From: Thermoflexales bacterium
GTDB lineage: Bacteria; Chloroflexota; Anaerolineae; J036; Brachytrichaceae
DNA length: 64,000 bases
Direction of reading: 5' to 3'
NCBI GenBank assembly: GCA_035433205.1
Contig: DAORUN010000003.1
Location: 4,574 to 68,573, forward strand
Below the pieces are notes generated by a model. The model did not search any database and had not been told where the DNA came from. It was given only the letters and a program-made list of their open reading frames with translations. Below, one piece after another: positions 51,899 to 59,858 of the stretch. The first letter of the stretch is position 1, and each line of letters starts with the position of its first letter. The position numbers and the translations under genes were made by a program.

Positions 51899-54310
51899 AT
51901 GCTCTCTATGATTTCGCCTCGTTGGCGCAAGGTGTTGCGCGATTTGAGTTCCAGCAAACAGCGCACGCTGCTGGTGGTGTTGTCCATCGCGGTGGGCGTG
52001 TTTGCGGTGGGCACGGTGTCGGGCGCATCGCACATGATTGCGGATGAGTTGAACCGCGCCTACGCGGCCACCAACCCATCGAACGGCCGGGTATACGCCA
52101 CGCCCGTTGACGATGATTTTATTGACGCCGTGGCCCGCATGGATTCCATCCGCAATGTTGAGGGCGTGTATGCGCTGGGAGCGCGGGTGCAACTGGGGCC
52201 TGCCAGCCAGGGCGATAACCCATCTGCCGATTGGCGGGATATTACGCTTGAGGTGCGCCGTGATTTTAACGATCTCTCGGTGAATGTGTTTTACCCGAAC
52301 AGCGGCGACTTTCCGCCGCCAGAACGGACGATGGTGATTGAGCGGGCCGCGTTCGAGACGCTGGGCGTCCCGCTGGGCGAGAAAGTGACGCTGCTCATGG
52401 CAGATGGCAAGATGCACGACATCAAAGTGGTGGGGACAGTGCATGATTTGGATAAACCCGCGCCCATCTTTGGTAACCGCATTTACGGATATATTAATTT
52501 TGACACGCTGGAATGGCTGGGTTACAAGCGCGGGTATAACCAGATTGCGTTCGTGGCCGCGCAAAACCCGCAAGATGAAGCGCACATTCGGGATTTGGTG
52601 GATGACATCAGCGACCGGGTGAAGGCCGCAGGTGGGCGGGTGACCGGAAACCGCGTGCGGCTGGTGCATTCCGCGCTGGATCAGGTGAACGCCATGATTT
52701 TGATCCTGAGCGTGATCGGCTCGCTTTCGCTGTTCCTTGCCAGCTTTTTGGTGGTCAACACCATGCTCGCCATCCTCACCCAGCAGGTGCGGCAAATTGG
52801 GGTGATGAAAACCATTGGGGCGCGCAACCAGCAGATCACAGCCATGTATTTGATGATGACGCTGGCTTTCGGGTTCCTTTCGCTGTTTGTGGCGGTGCCG
52901 CTGGGCGCGCTGGCAGCGTGGGGGCTGGCGTTGTATGCGGGCAATGCATTGAACTATGACCCGCGTTTGCTCATCCAGCCAGATACGATTCAACTTGAGA
53001 TTTTGGTGGGGTTGTTCGCGCCGGTGCTGGCCGCGCTGGCTCCTGTGCTCAGCGGGGCGCGGGTGACCGTGCGAGAAGCCATCTCGACCTACGGCCTGAG
53101 CAACGAGGCGGCGGCCAAGTCTAAACTGGTGCATCTCTCGGCGCGGCTTTCGCAAATTTTCCCGCGCCCGCTCATCTTGTCTTTGCGCAACACATTTCGG
53201 CGCAAGGTGCGGCTGGCGCTCACTCTATTCACGCTCACGCTGGCCGGGGCCATGTTCATGAGCGTGCTGCATGTTCAGGCTTCGCTCAATCAGGTGGTGG
53301 ATATTGCGTTTGATTATTGGAAATATGATTTTGGCTTGAATTTTGCCCAGATGCAGAGCATTGAGCGGGTGATTGCCGAGACCAAAACTTTTCCAAATGT
53401 AAAAAATGCCGAAGTGTGGATCGGCGGAAACGCCACGCGCATTCGACCAGATGGCGTGGAAAGCAAAGGTTACCAGGTGATGGCCGTTCCCCCAGATTCG
53501 CCGCTCATCAAACCATCGGTCACATCTGGGAGATGGCTATTGCCAAGCGACACAAACGCCATCGTGCTAACAGCCACCACGCTTAAAGATGACTCTGATA
53601 TTGCGGTGGGCGATGACATCACTTTGAAAATTGACGGGCGCGAACGAATTTGGCATGTGGTGGGCGTGGTGCGCACGGTGGGCGATAACGGGCGGTTTTA
53701 TGTGCCGCAAAATTTTTACGCCGAGTTGATTCACGCCCAGGGGCGTGGCAATTCGTTGGCGGTGGTGACCGACGAGGGCAGCGCGGATGAACAAGCATCC
53801 AGCCTGGCGCAAATGCAAGAGCATTTTGCGCGGTTGGGGATGATCGCGGGCGGGTCATTCACCATGTCGGTGCAAAAGGCCAACGCGCTGGGGCAAATCA
53901 ACATCCTCATTTTTTTCATGCTGCTGATGGCTATTTTGCTGGCGGTGGTTGGCGGGCTGGGGCTGATGGGCGCGATGAGCATCAATGTGGTGGAGCGCCA
54001 GCGCGAGATTGGCGTGATGCGGGCCATCGGCGCGTCCAGCGGCTCGCTCATGCAAATCTTCATCATCGAGGCCGTCATCATTGGCGCGTTAAGCTGGGTG
54101 GCGGGCGTGATTCTGGCGTTCCCGCTGGGTCAGTTTATGAGCGACGGGGTGGGGCAGGCCATTTTACAAACCACGCTGGTTTACACGCTTGCCCCGCGCG
54201 GCATCGCCATTTGGCTGGGGTTGGTGCTGGGTATTGCCGCGCTGGCCGCGCTTTTGCCCGCCCTTCGCGCCACACAGCTTAGCGTGCGCGAGGTGCTGGC
54301 GTATGAGTAA
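51899..54310 (+). CDS. ABC transporter permease with two FtsX-type domains (MacB/YbbP-like)
   Basis: PRWRKVLRDLSSSKQRTLLVVLSIAVGVFAVG N-terminus. There are two repeats, each with a large extracytoplasmic domain plus a 4-TM FtsX module (REIGVMRAIGAS block). Confidence 0.8.
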   Translation: MLSMISPRWRKVLRDLSSSKQRTLLVVLSIAVGVFAVGTVSGASHMIADELNRAYAATNPSNGRVYATPVDDDFIDAVARMDSIRNVEGVYALGARVQLGPASQGDNPSADWRDITLEVRRDFNDLSVNVFYPNSGDFPPPERTMVIERAAFETLGVPLGEKVTLLMADGKMHDIKVVGTVHDLDKPAPIFGNRIYGYINFDTLEWLGYKRGYNQIAFVAAQNPQDEAHIRDLVDDISDRVKAAGGRVTGNRVRLVHSALDQVNAMILILSVIGSLSLFLASFLVVNTMLAILTQQVRQIGVMKTIGARNQQITAMYLMMTLAFGFLSLFVAVPLGALAAWGLALYAGNALNYDPRLLIQPDTIQLEILVGLFAPVLAALAPVLSGARVTVREAISTYGLSNEAAAKSKLVHLSARLSQIFPRPLILSLRNTFRRKVRLALTLFTLTLAGAMFMSVLHVQASLNQVVDIAFDYWKYDFGLNFAQMQSIERVIAETKTFPNVKNAEVWIGGNATRIRPDGVESKGYQVMAVPPDSPLIKPSVTSGRWLLPSDTNAIVLTATTLKDDSDIAVGDDITLKIDGRERIWHVVGVVRTVGDNGRFYVPQNFYAELIHAQGRGNSLAVVTDEGSADEQASSLAQMQEHFARLGMIAGGSFTMSVQKANALGQINILIFFMLLMAILLAVVGGLGLMGAMSINVVERQREIGVMRAIGASSGSLMQIFIIEAVIIGALSWVAGVILAFPLGQFMSDGVGQAILQTTLVYTLAPRGIAIWLGLVLGIAALAALLPALRATQLSVREVLAYE

Positions 54311-54319
54311 CCCAAGTTA

Positions 54320-55138
54320 TCAGACTTCCTCGCCAAAGCGCGCGCTGAAATGCCGAAACACGAAGAACCCAACGAGCAAGACGAGGACGGATGTGAGCGC
54401 GGTGCGCACCCAGAAATCCAGAGCGGTAACCCGCCCGTGATACATCAACTCTTGATACACGTTGACCAGCGAGGCCATGGGGTTGAGGCGGCGCACCCAT
54501 AACCCCACATCAAACTTCAGCCCAAACAAGTCCACCAACCGCGGGCCAACCGTGCTGATGTCATACCAAATTGGCGTGAGGAAGAACAGGGCCAGCATAG
54601 ATAGGTCTATGATGAATTGCGTATCGCGGTAAAACACATGCAAGGTGGAAAGCAGCAGCGCCAGCCCAATGCACAGCATCACCTGCATAAGGATAACAAT
54701 CGGAACCAGCGCCAGCGTCCATTGCAAAGGATGGCCAGAGATCACCGCAACCAAAACAAACATGGGCAAGGCCAGCAAAAAGTTCACCGTTTGAGAAAGC
54801 ACCGCGGAGATGGGGAGCAGGATGCGCGGGAAGTAAACCTTTTTGACCAGCGCGCCATTTGCCACCACGCTGCCCGTGCCAGTGGTGATTGCCGCGCTAA
54901 AAAAGTTCCAGGCCAGCAACCCAGACAAAATAAACACATGGGCGCGGGGAATGTTGGATGGGTTAAGCACGGTGAACGCGAATGTCATCACAATCATCAT
55001 GCCCAGCGGCTGCAAAAATGACCAAGCCACACCCAGCACAGAACGCTGGTAGCGGGTCTTGAGGTCGCGCGTCACCATCATTTGCAAAAGATGGCGGTAG
55101 TTCCATATTTCGCGCAGTTCCGATTTAATGTTTTGCAT
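54320..55138 (-). CDS. ABC-2 type polysaccharide/teichoic-acid export permease (Wzm/TagG/KpsM-like)
   Basis: LREIWNYRHLLQMMVTRDLKTRYQRSVLGVAWSFLQPL is the canonical ABC-2 N-terminus. Six TM helices. Confidence 0.8.
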   Translation of the reverse strand: MQNIKSELREIWNYRHLLQMMVTRDLKTRYQRSVLGVAWSFLQPLGMMIVMTFAFTVLNPSNIPRAHVFILSGLLAWNFFSAAITTGTGSVVANGALVKKVYFPRILLPISAVLSQTVNFLLALPMFVLVAVISGHPLQWTLALVPIVILMQVMLCIGLALLLSTLHVFYRDTQFIIDLSMLALFFLTPIWYDISTVGPRLVDLFGLKFDVGLWVRRLNPMASLVNVYQELMYHGRVTALDFWVRTALTSVLVLLVGFFVFRHFSARFGEEV

Positions 55139-55146
55139 CTTTGATT

Positions 55147-55211
55147 GACGGGAGACCGAAGACGGAGGACGGTTTCAGCCGTCCCCGGTCTCCTGTCTTC
55201 CGTCTTTTTTT
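55147..55211. repeat. GACGGAG-type tandem-unit hairpin with T-tract
   Basis: GACGGGA GACCGAA GACGGAG GACGG-tttcag-CCGTCCC CGGTCTC CTGTCTT CCGTCTT TTTTT. The GT4 stop lies in the loop and its last codons lie in the 3' arm. Confidence 0.7.
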
Positions 55212-56377
55212 ATTACAGCTTCATACATCCCCTGCATTACCTTTGCCGATTGCTCCCAGCTAAAATTCTGAATGGCGCGGCTGCGCAGGCGCTGGCCCAA
55301 TACCCGGCCAGATTCCGGCTGGGCGGCCAAAGCGAGTATACGCTGAGCCAAAGCCGCTGAATCGCCGAGCGGGGAATACGTTCCGTCTTCTCCAAGATAT
55401 TCGCGCTGGCCGGCGGTGTCAAACGCAACCGTCGGCAAAGCCATCGCCATGTAGTTAAGAACCTTTCCGCTGCCCTCGGTAAGCGAAAGTTTTGGCGCAA
55501 TGGCGATATCGCCCAAAGCCAGCATCTCTGGCATATTTTCATACGGCACGCGCCCGCCAAAAACCACATCACCCAAAACGCCCGCGGCTTGCGCCCGCAT
55601 CGTCCATTCGTCTACGCCGGGGTAGCCCAGCACCAGCCAGCGCAAGGCCGGGTTGATGGGTCGCGCAATGGCCGCGGCCTCCAAAATATGCTGAATGCCT
55701 TGATGCCGCGCGAGCAACCCCAAATACACCACCACCGGGGCATCGGGCGAAATGCCAAACTGGGCGCGCAGCTCGGCGCGGCGAGCTGCGGTTATCACAT
55801 CTGGGCGCACGGCGCGCGTGTTCACCCCATCTGGCAAATGGGCGATGGGTTTTGCGGGCCAATTTTTTTGCAGCGTTGCGGCGGCGTTTTTTGTGCTGGC
55901 AAAGATGGCCGCAGGCATGGCCTCGGCCCGGCGCTCCACCCATCGCCAAAAGCGCTGGCGTTTTCCGTTGTCTCGCAAAAACCTGTGATGCAGCATTTCA
56001 TCCGTCAGGCTGCCCTGATAATCGAAAAACACTGGTTTGCGCCAAACACGCCCCAGCGCCCCGCCAATCAACGCGCCCTCATGCAGATGGGCGTGGATCA
56101 GGTCAAAATTTTCGCTCGCCAATGTTTGCGCCAATTTGAGCGCCAGCAACACATCAAACGCATATTTGTGCCGCGATGAACCGACCTCGTAACTGGCATG
56201 GTATGGGGTGGGGCGGGTGCGAATCACGCGCACATCTGGCACGTTGTTGCCCTTGAAATACGTAACGATGGATACGCGATGCCCCAGCGCTTGCAATGCC
56301 CGTGCTTCCTCCAAAATTCGCACATGGCAGCCGTAATCGCCAAAAAATGACGTGGGGGCCAGGCTGAGGATGTTCAA
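55175..56377 (-). CDS. Glycosyltransferase family 4
   Basis: LSLAPTSFFGDYGCHVRILEEARALQALGHRVSIVTY N-terminal GT-B domain and a C-terminal LTEGSGKVLNYMAMALPTVA block. There is no ATG near the N-terminus. A TTG at 56377 (or 56401) is the presumed start, so it is uncertain. Confidence 0.7.
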   Translation of the reverse strand: MNILSLAPTSFFGDYGCHVRILEEARALQALGHRVSIVTYFKGNNVPDVRVIRTRPTPYHASYEVGSSRHKYAFDVLLALKLAQTLASENFDLIHAHLHEGALIGGALGRVWRKPVFFDYQGSLTDEMLHHRFLRDNGKRQRFWRWVERRAEAMPAAIFASTKNAAATLQKNWPAKPIAHLPDGVNTRAVRPDVITAARRAELRAQFGISPDAPVVVYLGLLARHQGIQHILEAAAIARPINPALRWLVLGYPGVDEWTMRAQAAGVLGDVVFGGRVPYENMPEMLALGDIAIAPKLSLTEGSGKVLNYMAMALPTVAFDTAGQREYLGEDGTYSPLGDSAALAQRILALAAQPESGRVLGQRLRSRAIQNFSWEQSAKVMQGMYEAVIKKDGRQETGDG

Positions 56378-56392
56378 AATGCAACGAGAAAT

Positions 56393-56454
56393 AAGAAGCA
56401 AGAAACAAGGGAATTTGCGCGCAATTTGTGATTATTCCTCATTTCTTGCTTTTT
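56393..56454. repeat. AAGAAAT-type nested hairpin
   Basis: AGCAAGAAA (56397-56405) is complementary to TTTCTTGCT (56442-56450). Inner GGAAT/ATTCC pairing and the TTGCGCGCAA palindrome are present. The 5' context reads GAGAAAT AAGAAGC AAGAAAC. Confidence 0.7.
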
Positions 56455-57413
56455 TCGGGGTCAATTTGTTTTGCCAGTTTTTGACCCATAAACATGCCCA
56501 AAATGGATGGACGAGAGACGGCGGTGGCAGGGGTGGCGGGCTTGGCGTCGCGGCCCTTTTGCCATGCGTTCAGCCAGTCGGCGCGGCGTTCGCCAGCCAG
56601 GGCGATGAGTTCCTCGGCGGCTTTGGCGTTGCCGGCGCTCACCGCATCTCGCAGCGCCATCAACCCCAGCATGACCTGGTTAAGCCAGTGGACACTGGCC
56701 TCTTTTTGCTCAATCAAGGCGCTGGCTATGCTGGGCGGGTGAACATCCTCAACTGCTTTTGTGGTTTTGGCGAAAGATGCCCCGGCCAGCCATGTTCGCT
56801 CGCGCCAGGCTTCATCGCCAGAAACGGCGGCCATGTAAGCGGCCAGCACGGCAGATGGGATCGCGTCCACGCTCAGGCGCAGGCCGTCGTGTTCGGCGGC
56901 GTCCATAAACACGGTGTGCGCCTGGGCAGAATCGGCCAAAGCCGCCAGGGTGTTGATGGAATCAATCGGTGTGCCGTGGCGCGGCGCAATAAACCAAACC
57001 GCGCCTTTGAAAGTTTCCTTGCCGGGTGGGTCGTCGCTGGCGAGCGGGTTGATTGAAATATCGCAGTTGATGTAGCTCACGTTGGCGGGCAACAACCGCG
57101 CCGCGCCATTCAGCGGGCCTAGCGCCGCGCCGCTGGCATCTACCACAATGGTGTTCTCGGCAAGATATTTGCCAATGGCATGCAGCGTTGTTTCCACCTC
57201 GTTTTGCGGGATGGCGAGAAAGACCAGAGCCGCATCTTCGCAAGTGGCAGGCAAGTTCCAGTTTGTTTTGTCAATCGCCTTGATCTGCTCGGCGTTTTTG
57301 GCGGCATCTGGGTCTTTATCGTGCCCAACCACCTCGGCATCTTTGAATGCCGCTTTCACCGCGAACCCAAGCGCGCTGCCCAGCCATCCGCAACCAACAA
57401 GTGCAATTTTCAT
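56439..57413 (-). CDS. Prephenate/arogenate dehydrogenase-family protein (divergent)
   Basis: MKIALVGCGWLGSALG Rossmann N-terminus and an AAEHDGLRLSVDAIPS block (compare EHD...SHLPH). The usual HPMAG His block reads CDISINPLA. Confidence 0.45.
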   Translation of the reverse strand: MKIALVGCGWLGSALGFAVKAAFKDAEVVGHDKDPDAAKNAEQIKAIDKTNWNLPATCEDAALVFLAIPQNEVETTLHAIGKYLAENTIVVDASGAALGPLNGAARLLPANVSYINCDISINPLASDDPPGKETFKGAVWFIAPRHGTPIDSINTLAALADSAQAHTVFMDAAEHDGLRLSVDAIPSAVLAAYMAAVSGDEAWRERTWLAGASFAKTTKAVEDVHPPSIASALIEQKEASVHWLNQVMLGLMALRDAVSAGNAKAAEELIALAGERRADWLNAWQKGRDAKPATPATAVSRPSILGMFMGQKLAKQIDPEKSKK

Positions 57414-57417
57414 AATC

Positions 57418-57466
57418 AATTACGAATTACGAATTACGAATTACGCATGATTAGTAATTCGTAATT
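57418..57466. repeat. AATTACG-type tandem-unit hairpin
   Basis: Four exact AATTACG copies (57418-57445) are followed by TAATTCGTAATT (57455-57466), which is complementary to any two adjacent units. Confidence 0.85.
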
Positions 57467-57468
57467 AT

Positions 57469-58128
57469 TTAATATCCCAACAAAATTTGCGCCATCAAGG
57501 TTGATGGCCTTGAAATTAACGAGCTAAACAGGGTGGGGATAAGATACGAAAGTCCAAAAAGAATAAGAAAGCCGTATTGAGAAATAAAGGCGAATACGCC
57601 ATCCATCTGCGGGGGCAAATACGCCCACAAAATCTTAGAGCCATCCAATGGGGGGATGGGTATGAGATTGAACAGCATGAGTGAGAGGTTGATGAAAACC
57701 GCCAGCACACACACTTGCTGCAACCACGCAGGCGCATCTGGCGCAAGGCCCAACACGCGAAAGATTAACCCAAACAAGACAGCGAGCAAAAAATTAGAGA
57801 CCGGCCCGGCCAGAGCCACAATTGCCATGCTGGTGCGGTAATTTCCGCGCAAGTTCATGGGGTTAACAGGCACGGGCTTGGCCCAACCCAGCCCAAGGAA
57901 CATCATCATTAGTGTGCCCACCACATCCAAATGTTTAATTGGGTTGAGTGTTAGGCGCCCCTGCAAACGCGCAGTGTCATCGCCCAGTTTGGTGGCTGTC
58001 CACGCATGAGCGAATTCGTGGACGGGAAAGCAGATCAGCAGCAGGATCAAAAGTGTGGCCGCGATGGACAACACACGCATTTGATCGCCAGAGCGAACCG
58101 CGCTTTCTAAAAGTTGAATAAATCCCAT
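57469..58128 (-). CDS. Site-2 protease family (peptidase M50) membrane metalloprotease
   Basis: HEFAHAWTA (HExxH) in TM1 and a later LFNLIPIPPLDGS block. Confidence 0.8.
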   Translation of the reverse strand: MGFIQLLESAVRSGDQMRVLSIAATLLILLLICFPVHEFAHAWTATKLGDDTARLQGRLTLNPIKHLDVVGTLMMMFLGLGWAKPVPVNPMNLRGNYRTSMAIVALAGPVSNFLLAVLFGLIFRVLGLAPDAPAWLQQVCVLAVFINLSLMLFNLIPIPPLDGSKILWAYLPPQMDGVFAFISQYGFLILFGLSYLIPTLFSSLISRPSTLMAQILLGY

Positions 58129-58163
58129 AAAGCAAAGTGATTATAATCATTCAAGACCCCGGC

Positions 58164-59285
58164 ATGAAACGCATCGTCTTGCTTTATAACAATGCAGGTG
58201 GCGGGCACAAAAGCGCCGCGCTAGCGATCGCTCAGGGCATCCGAGAAGTAGCGGGAGGGAAGTTTGACATCTCGCTGGCGAATGCCTTTGACCGATTGCC
58301 TTTTCCGTTTGACACAGCGGAGAAGGACTATCCACGTCTGGTTAATTACGGGCGGCCGTTTTATTCCTTCACATTTAAGGCCACCAACGGGCGGCGCAGG
58401 GTTGTGGCGCTGCGAAAAGCCTTCGAGCCAATTACAGATGAAATGGCCGCCAGCATTGTGAGCGAACACCCGGCAGATTTGTATATTTCGTGTCACCCGG
58501 TTTACAACCAATACATGCCAGAAAAAATTCGGGAGATGGGGTCGCCCGCAAAATATATGAACGTGGTCACCGATCTGGTGACCGGACATTTGTTTCACTA
58601 TTCGCCAAAAGTAGAACTGTGCATTGTGCCAACCGAAGGCTCGCGCGAGAAAGCCATTGAGGCGCTGGTGCCTCCTGAAAAAATTCTGGTGTGCGGCCAG
58701 CCAGTCTGGCCAGATTTTCAGCGGCGCATGGGCAACCGCGAGGAAACCCGCCAGGCGCTTGGGCTTTCCAACGACCTGCCAGTGGTTTTGCTGATGGGTG
58801 GCGGCGAAGGCATGGGGCGCATTGGCATCACCGCGCGAGAAATTGCGTTCAGCGGCCTTCCCATCCAACTGGTTATTGTGTGCGGAAAGAACACCAGCCT
58901 AAAACGCGATTTGGAATTTATCAACCCGCGCGTGGCCGCCATGCGCGTGCTGGGATTTGTCAACACCATGCCAGAGCTAATGGGCGCGGCGGACATCCTT
59001 GTGACCAAGGCTGGCCCAGGCACCATCTGCGAGGGGTTTATCGCCGGGCTGCCAATTCTTTTGTTTGACGCGGTGCCGGGGCAGGAAGAAGGCAACGTGG
59101 ATTACGTGGTGGACAACGGCGCAGGGGCATGGTGTCCCAACCCGTTTTTGGTCACGCGCCAGCTTAAACACTGGCTGGCCGATGAGGCCGTGATGGCGCA
59201 AATGAAGGCCGCCGCGCTGCGTCTGGCGCGGCCAAATAGCACCATAGACATCGCCAAAGCGGCGATTGCGCTCATCTCTAAATAA
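58164..59285 (+). CDS. GT28-family glycolipid synthase (MGDG synthase/UgtP-like)
   Basis: MKRIVLLYNNAGGGHKSAALAI N-terminus and a C-terminal LVTKAGPGTICEGFIAGLPILL block. The tracked GTG at 58137 was trimmed. Confidence 0.75.
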   Translation: MKRIVLLYNNAGGGHKSAALAIAQGIREVAGGKFDISLANAFDRLPFPFDTAEKDYPRLVNYGRPFYSFTFKATNGRRRVVALRKAFEPITDEMAASIVSEHPADLYISCHPVYNQYMPEKIREMGSPAKYMNVVTDLVTGHLFHYSPKVELCIVPTEGSREKAIEALVPPEKILVCGQPVWPDFQRRMGNREETRQALGLSNDLPVVLLMGGGEGMGRIGITAREIAFSGLPIQLVIVCGKNTSLKRDLEFINPRVAAMRVLGFVNTMPELMGAADILVTKAGPGTICEGFIAGLPILLFDAVPGQEEGNVDYVVDNGAGAWCPNPFLVTRQLKHWLADEAVMAQMKAAALRLARPNSTIDIAKAAIALISK

Positions 59286-59336
59286 GCGCTAAGCGTTGAG
59301 TGATTTGGGCATATCCGCAACTCGGCGCTTAGCGCT
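59285..59336. terminator. Hairpin between the convergent GT28 and acidic-protein genes
   Basis: AGCGCTAAGCG ... CGCTTAGCGCT, an 11-bp stem with a 30-nt loop. A T-rich tract follows. Confidence 0.6.
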
Positions 59337-59344
59337 CATTGTTT

Positions 59345-59761
59345 TTAGTCCTCGTCGTCCATCAAATCGTCATCATCATCGTCATCCCAGATGAGGTCAT
59401 CATCTTCCTCGTCTTCATCAAAATCTTCCTCATCGTCATCATCTTCACCGAGGTCAAGGGATAGGTCGTCGTCCTCCTCTTCTTCCTCCTCATCCTCAGC
59501 TTCTTCCAGATCCTCCAGACTTTCCAACTCGTCGTCTTCGTCTGACAGAAGATCATCGTCCTCCTCCTCGTCATCGTCCAAATCGTCGAGTTCATCCAGT
59601 TCATCATCGTCCTCGGTCTTGCGAGCGCGACGCATAATGATGGCCTGAGCCTCGGCGATGGCCTGGGCAGAGAAGATGGTGGTGGCAGGCAGCGGTAGTG
59701 TTTCTTCGGCGGGTAACGCCGCGTTAAGGTTTGTTTTTTTCACAATGTCAAGTGTGTTCAC
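59345..59761 (-). CDS. Small protein with extreme poly-acidic C-terminal tail, function unknown
   Basis: The GTG start is preceded by GAGGAG 6 nt upstream. About 50 ordinary residues are followed by ~88 residues composed almost entirely of D/E with some L. Confidence 0.6.
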   Translation of the reverse strand: MNTLDIVKKTNLNAALPAEETLPLPATTIFSAQAIAEAQAIIMRRARKTEDDDELDELDDLDDDEEEDDDLLSDEDDELESLEDLEEAEDEEEEEEDDDLSLDLGEDDDDEEDFDEDEEDDDLIWDDDDDDDLMDDED

Positions 59762-59858
59762 AGTTTACTCCTCAGAGTCAAAGACCTAAACAAATACGCT
59801 TGTGTGTTGATTGAGATTATACGAGGATGTCAAGACCCATGCTAATATCCTTATCGTT

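Noticed and set aside
51641-53155. 504-aa minus-strand ORF antisense to the FtsX-type permease gene
   Set aside because: Its His/Arg/Gln/Pro-rich composition has no motifs. The plus-strand frame has clear ABC permease signatures, so this is an antisense shadow ORF typical of GC-rich DNA.
4680-57466. Tandem short repeats as a possible CRISPR array
   Set aside because: The units are only 7-9 nt and directly adjacent with no spacers. They are followed by their own reverse complement. No cas genes are present.
59391-59648. Poly-serine ORF on the plus strand
   Set aside because: It is the complementary reading of the GA-rich D/E codon run. The minus-strand acidic protein has a strong SD and a normal N-terminal segment.
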